Shown: piece by piece, positions 52,112-64,000 of the stretch
How positions within the stretch are numbered: the stretch's first letter is position 1
Layout: each line of letters starts with the position of its first letter
NCBI GenBank assembly: GCA_001179505.1
Contig: CDMY01000316.1
Coordinates: forward strand, 60,561 to 124,560
Direction of reading: 5' to 3'
Length of the DNA stretch: 64,000 nt
Origin: Vitrella brassicaformis CCMP3155
Taxonomy: Eukaryota; Protista; Chromerida
Position numbers and translations under genes: made by a program
The notes under the pieces: generated by a model
What the model was told of the DNA's origin: nothing
What the model saw: the letters and a program-made list of their open reading frames with translations, nothing else
Database searches by the model: none

Positions 52112-52639
52112 ATTGCTTGCTGATTGCCAGAAGAATCTCTGCGCTGGGGGCCGCCCACATGCACTGCATGCACTCCCGTCTCGCTTTCTGTCACATTTGA
52201 ATCATTGGATTGGAAAGATCTTTATCAGATCCTCACGGGGGGTTTGTCACACGAACGCACTGCACTAATCACACCAACCCTTCCCCAGTCCCCCCCACTC
52301 ACTCACTCACTGCACAATGCTCACTGGCAGACAACCGACCTATCCCTCGCCCGCCCTCCCGCCCGGCCAACCCTCCCCTCTCCCCTCTCATTTGTCAGAC
52401 TTGCAAAACCACCAATGCGTTGATGTGGTCCATGTTAACATACACGTGTGTATGTCCGTCTCTATCGCATCGAAAGGACTACACTCTGTACTAAAAGAGA
52501 CCATCCATCTGTCACACGCAGCCAGCGAGACCAGTCAGTCGCCCATCCACTCACCCACTCATCCACTCACCCATGCAGCCATCCAGCCGAGTCGAAACAG
52601 ACACGCACGCAAAATGACAACTAACGTAGGAACGAGGAG

Positions 52640-52939
52640 NNNNNNNNNNNNNNNNNNNNNNNNNNNNNNNNNNNNNNNNNNNNNNNNNNNNNNNNNNNNN
52701 NNNNNNNNNNNNNNNNNNNNNNNNNNNNNNNNNNNNNNNNNNNNNNNNNNNNNNNNNNNNNNNNNNNNNNNNNNNNNNNNNNNNNNNNNNNNNNNNNNNN
52801 NNNNNNNNNNNNNNNNNNNNNNNNNNNNNNNNNNNNNNNNNNNNNNNNNNNNNNNNNNNNNNNNNNNNNNNNNNNNNNNNNNNNNNNNNNNNNNNNNNNN
52901 NNNNNNNNNNNNNNNNNNNNNNNNNNNNNNNNNNNNNNN
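52640..52939. other. Assembly gap (300 N)
   Basis: Run of N flanked by G-rich sequence. Confidence 1.
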
Positions 52940-53108
52940 GGAGGGGGAGGGGGAAATAGGGGAGGCGGGCGTACTGGCCTACCTATACATCTACTGGCTA
53001 GATCGGTCACCATTCACCCAGCCACCCTCCCATGACATATCTCTCTGTCGCTGTCTAGCCAGCCAGATCTTGTAAGTCGGATCATCGTATACGATACGCA
53101 TCACGTCG

Positions 53109-53315
53109 TCACATGATAGGGTTGCCCTCTTCGTCACAGGCGATCTCGACGAGGAACATGCTGTCGTTGGGGTTGATGGGGTCCTTGATGGGCTCCTGGT
53201 CCACGCGCAGCATCGGAATCTCCCACGTGTCCCTCCCGTCATTGCAGCTGTACGTGCTGTCGCTGCTGCTCGATGCCGGCCGCCACTCGACAGACTTGTT
53301 GTTGTCTGCACCATC

Positions 53316-53353
<38 letters not shown>

Positions 53354-56192
53354 ATTATGGACACTCATGCCATCTCTCGCCGCCCCCCCGCCACCACACG
53401 TACTTCTGACGTAGTAGAAGAAGTAGTCCTCGAAGGTGACGACGGGCCTCTCGCTGTCGCCTTGGCCGCTCATGACCTGGGAGATCTCCCCCGGTGTGGC
53501 GCTGCTGAGATCGAACCAGCACATGGTCACCCACGCCCCGCCCTCCTCCTTGTTCGTGGGGTTGAAGGGCGCCTCGAACCGCAGAGCCAGAAACTTCGGC
53601 GACACCTGCGGGCAGTCGTCTCGCAAAGACAGCTGCCGCGGCCGGGCTGGGCGAGGGGAGGACAGCAGAGGAAGGTGGTTAGGAGTGTGGGAGCCGGATC
53701 TCTCTCTCTCTCTCTGTGCGCGTGTGTGTGTGTCGGTTTACGTGCGCATGTCTTGAGGTTACAGTTCCGCTCCTCGGACAGGTGGGCGCAGTCCGCACCA
53801 TCACGCTGGTGACAAGAAATCGGCAGGAGAAGCACCCCACCACACATATGTATGCCACGATAGCTTTGCACGCCATTGCTGGCTGATCTGTTGAGCTCAC
53901 CTCTATGGTTCTGGAGCGTTTCTGCTTGCCTGGTCCACAGTCGTCGCCCCATGGCGACAGGCACTCACTCCAGTCGCCCCAATCAGACAACTCACAGGCT
54001 GGTGACGGTATGGGGGGGCAAACAACACACACAGGGACACAATGAATGGGAGCGATCTCTGTCAGCGCCTCTGTCTGTGTGTCTCACGGCAATTCGGGAG
54101 GTCAGGGCATGTCCGTGGCTGTGTGGTGTCGAGGCACTCAGACGCCGGCAGGGGCTCGCCATCTGTGTCTTCAGCATACACCTGCACAGACACACACGTA
54201 GAGACAACAGCCATGGAAGGCACCACATAAATGTCGCCGAGTGTCTGTTAGGGGGTGTACCTCTATAGAGCGAGATCTGCGTTGAGTGCCCATGTCAGCG
54301 TCGCTGCGGCAGGTGGCCGAGCACTCGCTCCACTGACCCCACGCACCGTACTCGCACTCTACACACACACACACACACACATGCATGGAGCGATCCCGTC
54401 ACCTGACATCACGTCACACATCTCTCTCTCTCTCTCCATCTCTCCATCCCGCCCACCTGTTCTGCATTTCCGGACGCCCAAGCACTCCCTGACCTCCAGT
54501 GTGTTGGAGCAGCCATCCTCGTCAGGCGAACCCTGCTCACAATCGCAGAGAGACGGACGACACACAGACAGCTGTCTGTTCTGTTGGCACAAACGTTGCC
54601 GCTGGCTGCCTGCGCAGCATTGCCGCCCACCTCCACAGTCCTGGTTCGTGTCTGGTTGCCGAGCCGCGAGCCCCGCACGCACTCGAGCGAACAGCCGCTC
54701 CACTCACTCCATTCGCCATACTCGCACTCTACACACATGAGTTCACATGAATGCACAGAATGCACAGAGTTCACATGAATGCACAGAATGCACAGGATGA
54801 ATGAATGCCGCATAAATAAACGCGTCGTCCCCCATTGCTCACCTGCGAACTTGCAAGTGGGCGGCGAGGGCTGATTGAGCACCCACCGTCCCCTCAGCAG
54901 ACACAGCCCCTGTGTGGCCCCGACCAGCTCGGCGTTGGCGCTTTTGCAGGTGAAGGCCACCTCTCGTGGCGGTTTGTAGAGCACCGAGGTGTAGATCTGG
55001 TCGATCAGCCGGCCGGACTCCTCGGGCGGCGGACCCCGCAGCTTGATGGACGGATCAAGGCTGCTCCTCTCACACGATGCTGACAAACACAGACAGACAG
55101 ACAGACACATGACACACAGTTGGTGCAGTGTGATGGGTGTCCTATGGTATGGTCTCACCACTAGGCTTGCAGACCAGCTCAAAGTCCCGGCTGTCCTGCA
55201 ACCGGAACCATGGCTGCCTCCGGTCCCGATGGCCCGACACCACCGCCCTGCCGCCCCTCCCGCCCTCCATCGACGCCAGCGCGCCGTTCCCCCACCCATA
55301 GCCCCCCAGCACCTTGCCCCTCAGCGGCGAGCAGTCGATCGCATTCGGGACGTACAGCGTCTCCCCCGCTCCGTCACCGTACTCCCCCCTCTTGGAGTCG
55401 CCTTCACCGACGAGGGCCAGCACCCACTTGCCCTCCCTCGCACACCATGCGAGGGTCCGGGGTGCGTTGGGCTGGGGGGTCATCATCGGGTACCTGGACT
55501 GCGGGATGCGGTAGACGGTGCCGCCGATCCTCATCCACAGAGGCCGGCCGCCAACAGCCAGGGCGGACAGGCCAGCCTCGGACAACAGTGCCTCAAAGTC
55601 GGAAAGGTTTGAGGGCGCCTTGATCTGGTTGTAGGTGCCGTAGACGTCGATCCGCCCGATGCCCCGCTGCGCCTCGGCGTCTTCGGGAAAATCGATGCTG
55701 AAGTAGGGGCAGTCGGAGGCCATGCCGTCGTCGGGGGGTGACGCGCCTAATGATAGGGGTGGGATGGCAGGGGGCGGGTTGGAGAAGTTGGCGCTGATGG
55801 TCTGGTTGCTCGTCTGCAGGCGACGGCTGGCCCGCAAAGCTGACACACGAGACGACCGGCGGGACGAAAACTGACCTGCGCACACACACACATACAGCAA
55901 CACACAAAGCAGCGTGGGCAGGGAGCAACTCCCTCTCTCTGCATGTGCCAGGCTCGCTCTTACCGTGGTCACGGCAATCGTTGCGATCGAACTGGCAGTC
56001 CTCTTGCCGACAGCTCTCATCGCACACACCGTCGCCCACCCAGCCCCAGAGACACCCATCCGCACACTCAGACAGGCAGTCGTGGACACCACAATCACCA
56101 CCACCGCCACCACTATCCAAGCGACCCTCGTAGGACCGTGCCGGCAGGTGCGCTGCCGCCAATAGGATGGGGAGGGCTGTGACGACGGTCAT
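53109..56192 (-). CDS. Secreted adhesin-like protein: signal peptide, LNR/Notch repeat, unknown domain, Sushi/CCP, 3 x TSP1, unknown C-terminal domain
   Basis: Signal-like MTVVTALPILLAAAHL. LNR: CADGCLWGWVGDGVCDESCRQEDCQFDRNDC. Sushi: VAFTCKSANAELVGATQGLCLLRGRWVLNQPSPPTC. TSP1 starts: CEYGEWSEWSGCS, CEYGAWGQWSECS, CELSDWGDWSEC, each followed by an RxRxI/V motif. Confidence 0.85.
54739..54794. repeat. 28-bp perfect tandem duplication (x2), intronic
   Basis: gagttcacatgaatgcacagaatgcaca occurs twice. Confidence 0.9.
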
Positions 56193-56986
56193 GAGGCGGC
56201 GGGAGGCGTTGCCGATGCGATACTGTGGACTGTGTCTTCTGGATGGCGATGGTGATGGTGGTAGTGATAACGATCTTCCCCGGTGCGATGACGTGGGTGA
56301 GTCCGGTGAATCCTCATAGACCAAGAAAGGCTTGAAAAACACCCTGACAGACCTGTGCACGTCACACACAGACCAACACAGAAAAACCGAGAGCAATCGG
56401 TGGCTGAAACCCAATCAATCCCTCCGTGTGCTGTGCCGCATTCGTGCCCACACCCACCGACCAAACGAACGGCATCAGCACGCCTTTGACGAGTCCAGCA
56501 AAAAGAGGCCGCCGCCTCGCCTCCCCTCCCATGCACCCATCTCCGTGGCCACCCTCCACAGCACCGAATGATCTCCTATGCCTCCATAGGGCGCCACAAA
56601 AAAGACCATCGGTCTGACCCATCTTCCATCGCGCTCTCCTCGACAGATCCACAGCAGCCGGCACGACGGGCGGCCCTTCCGCCTCGCCACAGTGAGAAGC
56701 GGACCGCCGGACATCTCTCACACCGGCTCTTGCTGGAATCCAATGATCTTCGGCCTGGTTTGGCATCTGTTCACATCAGCAGTGTCTGAGCACGTGTCTG
56801 GGGTCCTCCAGAGGGAATGTCAAGCACCACCACAGCGGATCGGTTCTCAGCTTGAGCTCGCAAATTTCGTCGCGCGAAGGGGAAGTGTCTTCCGCTCTCT
56901 TTTGCACCAGAGCCACCCATAGCAGCACTGACGACCGTCGTCTGAGCGCTCTGGCTGCATCGACTCGCAAACTCCGCGCTGTCCTC

Positions 56987-57954
56987 ATGCGGGCCCTCAT
57001 CACCATCCTCGCTCTCCTCTCCGTTGCGGCCTTTGCAGCAGTGTCCGGCCAGCCGGCAGGACTGAACGCTGCCCGAATGGCAAAGGCCGAGAGTCTCGCG
57101 AAAGAAGTCAGCCTCAACGGCGACTTCTCTGAGGTTCGGAGGCAGCTTGTGAGTGCGTGTGGGCTGAAGAACAGCTACCAGACGGGCCACTGCTTCGGGG
57201 ACTACAACCACGTGGACTGCTGCACCATGCAGATGGAGTACTCCACCGAACTCAATAACAGTGAGCGTTGGAGGAGATGGAAAGACAACAAAGGGCAGGG
57301 CAGTCTGGGCTGTATGTCTGTCTGCCGTTTTGCATTGGGTTGATGTGTCAGACCGAGTGGCTGGCATGCACGCGACCAACCCTTTGGCCCATGTCATCAA
57401 CCCCAACAGGTCGGTTGTTGGGCTGGGGTGGTTGGTGCGCCGCCTTTGATGCTTCTCCTCCTAAGTACCTGTTGTGTGCGTGTGCTGATGTTGCGTCTGT
57501 GTGCAGCATTCAGGACAGTTCCTTTGCGGACGCCCAGGGCGGCTCCTGGTGCACATGCCACATCGGCGCGGGCAACAACAAACAGGACGTCTGCCACATC
57601 CAGTTCCAGTCTAAGGTGCGTGGGTGAGAGAGATTTGCTTGCCTGTTCAGGTGTGTGAATACTGACTGTATCTGCTCGGACGCCCCACAGATCGGTTTTA
57701 AGTTGGTGTGGTGTGGGGCCGACTACGACCTTGCCATCCTGGTCGACGACGACGGCGTCCTTATCAACTCTGGCAAGTGAGTGACTGCGACCTGCCTCTA
57801 CTGAGCAGCAAGGGCACTCACCTGTCTGTCTGTCTGTCTGTCTGTCTGTCCCATCAGGCCCACTGGCTCGCTGCCTCCGCTGAGTCAGCGACAGGCCAAC
57901 TACCGTGTGGTGCAGGGCAGCCTCTTCGACAAGTGCTCGGAAGCCGCTGGGTAA
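56987..57954 (+). CDS. Small secreted Cys/His-rich protein (about 200 aa, 5 exons)
   Basis: Signal peptide MRALITILALLSVAAFAAVSG; in-phase exons carry GHCFGDYNHVDCC, GSWCTCHIG, DVCHIQF and KLVWCGADYD. Confidence 0.75.
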
Positions 57955-58753
57955 TCACACACCTCAGACACACACAGCCAGTCAGCACCGATGTGTGCTC
58001 ACTTAATATGTGGATTGTGTTTCTCCTCTGTTCATGGTAAGCTCTTCGTGAATTGCCCTTAATTGCCTCAGAGCGGCTCACCCGACTGAGTACCCCGCCG
58101 ACTACACAGACGTCAATCAACACAGAGCTATGAATAGGTCGCCGGTTCTTCTTGCTGTTAGTTGTTGATAAGGGGAGGGAGGGAGGGCTACGTGTGAGTG
58201 CGGGCATCCATCAAGGGGTGGGTGCGCGCCAGTTTTTGTGTATGTGTGTGGGTGAGGACCGTTGCGAAGCAAGAGGTCCGTTCGGTGAGGTGGTGGCTGC
58301 ATAGCTGCATGGCTGGCAGGGAGGACAGTCTTGTGTGTGTGAGTGTGTGCATAGCCTGGGTGTGGGTGGTTTCACGCGTTGTCTGAGATGGACCTGGGTC
58401 CACACAGAAGCGGGCTGCAGGGTGAATGAAGTGTGTCGTACATCCGGAGAAGCATTGAACGACCCATTGTTTAGCGACAGTCCATCCATGTCTGTCCAGC
58501 CAGCTAATCTCGGCTGTCCGTCCTGACCTCTGCGTGGCGGACCAGACGTACCCAACTTCTGCACCACGGACACGTGCGTATATGTCAATACGCCCTCGTC
58601 AGTGCCGCAGGAGCAGCACACGCCAGTACCGGCCGACAGCCACAACGAACACACAGACACATCCCGAAAACATCAATCAGGGCCCTCGTACTCGTATCGA
58701 CACAGCACAGCACAGCACGTCACGTGAGGCGATGGTGGAGCCGTCTGTCTGAC

Positions 58754-59523
58754 TCAGCCCATCTTCATCTTGTCCCTCGACGGCTTCCCGCCCCTCTCTG
58801 AAACCACCACACACAGAGATGGAGAGCATGGCAACCAACCAGCCTGCACCCACGCCCCCTTCATCACCCTCTCACCCTCTCACACACTCACCCAGTCGCT
58901 TCTTCTTTCGTTTGAGGATCTTCTTGTCGCGCCGCTTGACAATGTCCTGCATCATGGAACACAACACACACGAGGAGAGAATGATTTTAATGCTATTCTC
59001 TCCTGTCAGTCATCGCTGCGTGGTGTCCATCCGTGTGCTCTCTCACCTTCTTGACCGGCAGCCGCAGTTTCTTCTTCTTGCTGGTCCGGCTCTTGCTCTT
59101 GCTGGGTGAGGACACATCAGCCTGACACACACAGCACCGACAACCATTTCAGCGAGAGGTCTAGCCCCTGTGTGTGTGAGTGTGTGTACCATTTCGACGT
59201 CTTGCCACTCATCGGGAGCCGCGGCTGCTTCTGCTTCTGCCGCATAATGAGCCAGAGCCACGGCCACATCGTTTGTCGGCGGCGTGTCCTCCTGCACACA
59301 AAACGCACAGCGCACCACAGACACTGAGTCTCGTCGGACTGTCCGGTGGCTCTTTTGTGCATGTGAGTGCACAGGGCGCTGGGCAGACCTTCATGCTTTT
59401 GTCCTTCTGCTGCCGCCTGCGCCGCTTGTCGAGCTGTTTGTGCCGCAGCGTGGCTTCCTCCTCTATGGTGATCTGGTGCCGCTGTTTCTTCTTCTGACGA
59501 TCTGTCATCTTCTTCTTCGCCAT
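58754..59523 (-). CDS. Small Lys/Arg-rich basic protein (possibly nucleolar)
   Basis: 5 exons: MAKKKMTDRQKKKQRHQ.../EDTPPTND.../ADVSSPSKSKSRTSKKKKLRLPVKK/DIVKRRDKKILKRKKKR/RGGKPSRDKMKMG*. Confidence 0.7.
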
Positions 59524-59891
59524 CCTGCCGCCAGACAGCAAAGATGGGCGGCTTTCTCACGATAAGTGCTAAGCAGATACCGTGTAGGAGCCTTTTCCCT
59601 TTAAGCTCGCAAACGATCGCCTTTTCAAACCGCTCTCTCACTCATCGCCCTTGCTTGGGCCAGAAGGCAATGAAGGAGACGATTGGCAGACTTCAAGTCG
59701 AAGCAGGCGACTCATGGCAGACGGAATGGCAGGAAGGTTGCCAATTTCTGCGGTCTAATTGGAAAGATGATGCTGACCGAGGACGCTAACGGCAGCGGTG
59801 TCGCTAACGGAAGCAGTGCCCGAAGGAGAGGGACCCCGAGGCCTTCACACACGCTGTCCACGCGGCCGTCAGCCTTTCCAGCCTTCTCTCA

Positions 59892-60661
59892 GCATGGCCC
59901 GCTCTTTCGCTGCGATTGCCCTGGCTCTGCTCAGCGCGTCGATTGCTCTGCCCGGGACCTCAGCCCACAGAATTCACTTGTGCAACCGCTGCCCCGGTAT
60001 TGAAGCACCCGTGCTTTTCCTCAGAGTCTCTCCGGAGAATTCCGCCTCTCCCACATGTATCGTCACACAGGCTCCGACAATCCAAACTGTTTTTGGCAGC
60101 TGCAGAAGATTCGAGTGAGATACCGAATGCTCAGAATCCCACCTGCACGGTACAGTCGTGCTATGTGTGTCTCGCAGGGTCGACCACATTGGCGGCTTCC
60201 ATACCTGGATGGGTTTCAGCCGAGGGGGGCGCCCACCCTTCGGACCACCAACCATCTGGAGGGGTAACGCCCTCTTCGATTGTTTCCAGGGTGTAAGTGT
60301 AGAGGCGCATCTCGAGATCTCGTTGCGCTTATGGGAGTGTGTCCGTTTGTTTCAGAGATTCCGCGGTTTGAGACATCGAAGTGGTGCCGACGTTACTGTA
60401 ATCACCCTTTTCTGCACCGCCGACGGGAGACCCCTTGGCTTCTCGCAGGGTTTTTCTTTGAACCGTCGCGGCAATGAAACTACCGTCGACGATGAGACCA
60501 ACTTCATCGTCGACGAGGGCTTCGACCTCGGCGAAGACGCACCCGTGGCCCAGTACGATGTGCTGAACAGCACCGAGCTGCGTCAGGTGTTAGGGGCCGC
60601 CTTCGAGGAGCTTGCGGACGAGGTTGAGAATGGCTCAGGACGCAACCTTCTCAGACCCTAG
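59892..60661 (+). CDS. Small secreted protein of unknown function
   Basis: Signal peptide MARSFAAIALALLSASIALPGTSA. Introns 59997-60070, 60150-60177 and about 60293-60355 join HRIHLCNRCPGSDNPNCFW, VDHIGGFHTWMGF and TLFCTADG. N-glycosylation sequons NET and NST. Confidence 0.6.
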
Positions 60662-62767
60662 GCGGGCGGTGAGCAGACGACTCGCTGGCCGATCGTCCTT
60701 CCTTGTGTTGTCATGTCATTATTCGCTGTCTGTCTGCGTGGATGCATGCAGATGATGGCTGGGGCGTCTGTCTGTCTGTCTGTGTCGGGCGGGCCCATGG
60801 TTGCGCTGCATGCGTGAAGTTGGCTGGCTGCATGAGCCTATTTCTTTGATTTCTGGTTCCTTCCGCGGGGGCGGGCGAGAGAGTCTGATAACCTAAAACA
60901 CACACGTCACGTCATGCGGTCAGTCATTCTTTATCCCTTGGCTGACCGTACGCACCACGGCATCCGGCCGCCAATGATATCAAACGAACGAGACGGGCAC
61001 TCGACTGACTCGTCCACACACACACTTGTGCTCACTCTCTCGTGTGCGTCGGCCTGTACCATAGACACATTCGCGCACACACACATGCCTGCGTGTTCAT
61101 CCCTCGTTGTCGCCAGTTTTTCTGTCTCGGTCGGTCCACAGGTGTCTACCGTCTCATTCACCCACCACCCACAAGCCAGCCAGTTCAGTAAGTGAAACAA
61201 TCCTTGTTGGTGCGTGTTGCGTCTGCAGTGTATGTGTGTATGTGTGTCTGCTGTCGGGGATGGGAGGGAAGGAAACATCGCTTGCAGCAGCTGGCATCGC
61301 ACCGCCGGCAGTTTGTTTCTTCGTTCTGTCTGTGTGTCTTTGTAATCGACAACTGCATCTGTGGCCATATGTGTGTCACACTGTCACGCTGTGTGGCTGT
61401 CTGCCAGGCAGTCCTGCGTACTCGAATCGGGAGTGCGTGCGGGCCGGACGACCGGCTGCTTTATGTGGGTGTGGGTGGGGGGAAGGGTGTGTGTGTGTGT
61501 GTTGTGGGGGGGAGCCATCATGAAGATGGGAGCGAGGGAGGGAGGGAGGGAGGGAGGGTGAGGAACGAAGCGAGACGTCATGACACTAATGCGACCAGGG
61601 AGGGGAGGAGATGGGGATGAGAACACTTAGATGACCTTGGTATATATCAGCGCCACACGACATAAATTGAGTCTGGCGAATTGACCCACTTACTGATAAA
61701 TCGATATAGACGAAGCTGAAGTTGGCACTCCGTCTCTTTGTGTCCGATGGCCTCTCTCTCGCTGTGCTCAACAAAAGAGAATGTGAGATGGCGGATTGTT
61801 GTGTATCGGTGAGTGCTTTCACAAATGTGCGTTCACTGACACATTGAATGTATCATGCAGAGAGTGAGCGCTGCACACCCAGCCATCCGTCATGGATATG
61901 CACACAGCCCTCCCTCCCTCCCTCCCTCCCACACAAATCGGTGCGTTCGTTGGGCCGCGAACAAATAGACCTATGTCTGTTTTCATCTCCGCCGATATCT
62001 ACACCCAGCCAACCCACCCATCTGAGTCTCCCATGGCCCTATCAGCCGCTCAACCCATGCCCCAAACCCAATGCGATGGGACTCAAACCCGTCAGCTGCT
62101 TGATTCGCTACACCTGTACATCGACTACACACATACCCACATCCGCCCGCATCGATCCTACTGCCCCCCGGCGATGCAGTCACAGAGTGGATGCCGCCCC
62201 TGGACACAGGCAGGGGTGGCTATGGAGCGGCAGCCAATGACACAGAGAGAGGGAGAGGGGGGAGGGCTCTATGGCTGCTGCTCGTGCTGGTGCTGCTGCG
62301 TTGCGTCGCTGCTCGTCTCATCGAAGATAAGGGTGGCTGCCGGCTTCTCCTGGTAGCCATCGGGCGAACCTACATGGATCATATGCCATTTGCATTCGAC
62401 AATGGGACACAGAATGTCTCCACGCTGCTCTGTGTGTGTGTGATTGACTCACCTGTGTGCGTGTGGGCGAGGTTGGCCAGGTCGCGGAGCCGACACATGC
62501 TCGGAGTGGCGTCGTCATCACACAAACCCGCCAACCCTTCGCCATCCTCTCCCCCACTACCGCCTTGTAGCTTGGCGAATGGCGTGGAATCGCCCGCAGA
62601 CAGCACTGCTGCATCGGGCGATAGGGAATGCAGTCGGAGAGGGCGGGGAGGGCTGACCTGGTCATTTACAAACAACGAAATGCAAGCAGAGGAAGTGCAA
62701 AGCAAATTGGTGCAAAGTCTGGCTCCGCAATCGTGGTTCCGTTCGTCTGTGTCTGTCTGTCTGTCTG

Positions 62768-64000
62768 TCAGGTTTCGCTGCCTACAGATGGGGAGCGTTG
62801 GCGTGAGGTCGCGTAGACCCCTGGTACAGGTATCGACAGGGGCCGACAGCTGTAGCTATCATGGGACGGCACCGGCATCTCGCCGTGTGCTGTGTGGACC
62901 GGGAGCGTCGGAAGATCGCCACCTAATGCGCCCGCTTCATAACCTGGACAGCGCACAACAAATGTGTGTTTAGGCGATGCCGTGTTTGTGTCTGTCTGCT
63001 TCCATGTGTACCGAGTTGCACTGTTGAGGTGTTGTCGCATGAATTGCTTCTTGTGGCTGTTGGTGGGGCAGTCGGTGGCGGGGTGGCTGTAGTGTTGTGG
63101 ATGTTGCTACCGTGGGCGGCAGGAGGTGTGTTGGTGTGTCGGGGCGGCATCGTGTTGGGACCGCACTGCTCGCGCAGCTTCGGCTGGACGGGTATGTGCA
63201 TCTGGTGCATGAGGGACAGCAGCGTGGGGCCGTACTTGCCCTCCTGGCCCTTGCGCAACACAGCCCCAAGCAGGTTGTTCGCCACCTCGGCCAGCACCTA
63301 CGTGTCCCAAACACACAGACACAAAGATGCTCACGTGTGTGGGGGTGGGTGCTGGTGGCGGCTTCAACGTACCTTGATGCCCTGGTTGGCAGCCTGTTGC
63401 ATGATGTCGATGGCCGCGTCGAAGTGCAGGGCGCACGCACACCCGTTGATGAGTGTGCCGAAGGCGAAGCCGTCGCCGCGTTCGCCCTTGCGGTTCATCG
63501 TGTCAAACACCTCAAGCGCACGCTTGACCTGTCAGACACAGGCAGACACACGGTGGACTGACGGATGGGACATGGTTGCCGGGTCATGTTTGTGTGTGCA
63601 GGGCACCCCACCTGTCTGTTGCGGATGCACGCTTGTATGAGCGATGTGTAGACGAGCACCGACGGGCGCAGGTGGAACTTCATCTCCATGTCGTCGATCA
63701 TCTGCACACACACATAGATAGACACGCACATGCACATGCACACAGGCAGACTCCCATGGATCTGTGTGGGTATGAGTCGGTATATGTGTGGACCTGGAAT
63801 GCCTTGTCCAGCATGCGGGCCTTGCCGTACAACTTGACCAGAATGGAGAAGGTCACGGCCGTCGGCTTGACGCCCACACTCAACATCTCACCGAAGAGTC
63901 GCTCACCCAACTCCAGATTCGACTGCACATTCCCACCGAACACAGCACACTCAATGCACCTTTTGTGTGTGTGTGTCTGTGTGTGTGGGAGGGGGGAGGG
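62768..64000 (-). CDS. Pentatricopeptide-repeat (P-class PPR) protein, 5'-truncated by the window edge
   Basis: Tandem PPR motifs: LFGEMLSVGVKPTAVTFSILVKLYGKARMLDKAFQ-MIDDMEMKFHLRPSVLVYTSLIQACIRNRQ-VKRALEVFDTM...FAFGTLINGCVRA. A spliced extension to about 62318 is possible. Confidence 0.92.

Noticed and set aside
62191-62973. 260-aa plus-strand ORF with a hydrophobic stretch (LWLLLVLVLL)
   Set aside because: Local splice signals are on the minus strand (gtgagt donor near 62450), and the ORF overlaps the PPR 3' region. It is probably antisense to CAG-rich sequence.
1-64000. CRISPR array, rRNA or tRNA genes, autonomous transposons
   Set aside because: No regularly spaced repeat-spacer units, cloverleafs, rRNA-like blocks or transposase/RT motifs were seen. 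The repeats are simple microsatellites.
1-64000. Hundreds of short ORFs rich in HTHT, VCVC, TDRQ or MDGW
   Set aside because: These are translations of intronic CA/GT, GACA and GGAT microsatellites.

Overview
Intron-rich, GC-rich eukaryotic genomic DNA. Introns carry CA/GT, GACA and GGAT microsatellites, and there are two 300-N scaffold gaps. The style and gene content suggest a chromerid alveolate such as Vitrella brassicaformis (inference only). Most of the supplied ORFs are microsatellite or antisense artefacts, so I rebuilt gene models by eye from GT/GC-AG boundaries and phase continuity; coordinates are approximate. About 19 genes are supported: an oxysterol-binding-protein-related (ORP) gene, a SET-domain protein, a DnaJ-ankyrin membrane protein, an organellar release factor 2, a Frag1/DRAM-like protein, a membrane class I PDE, a GT8 glycosyltransferase, an F-box-like family member with an apparent frameshift, a divergent EF-hand protein, PLAC8, a SAM+PG-repeat protein, an LNR-Sushi-TSP1 secreted protein, two small secreted proteins, a basic protein, a partial PPR gene and several hypotheticals. 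The standout is one spliced gene that appears to join a PH domain, a VPS13/ATG2-type ATG_C amphipathic module and an OSBP lipid-transfer domain with a degenerate PI4P-binding signature. Also notable are a 2-kb direct duplication flanking a 0.6-kb insert that creates a chimeric ORF, a mitochondrial-looking RF2, and the adhesin-like protein. I found no CRISPR array, rRNA, tRNA or recognisable transposon.
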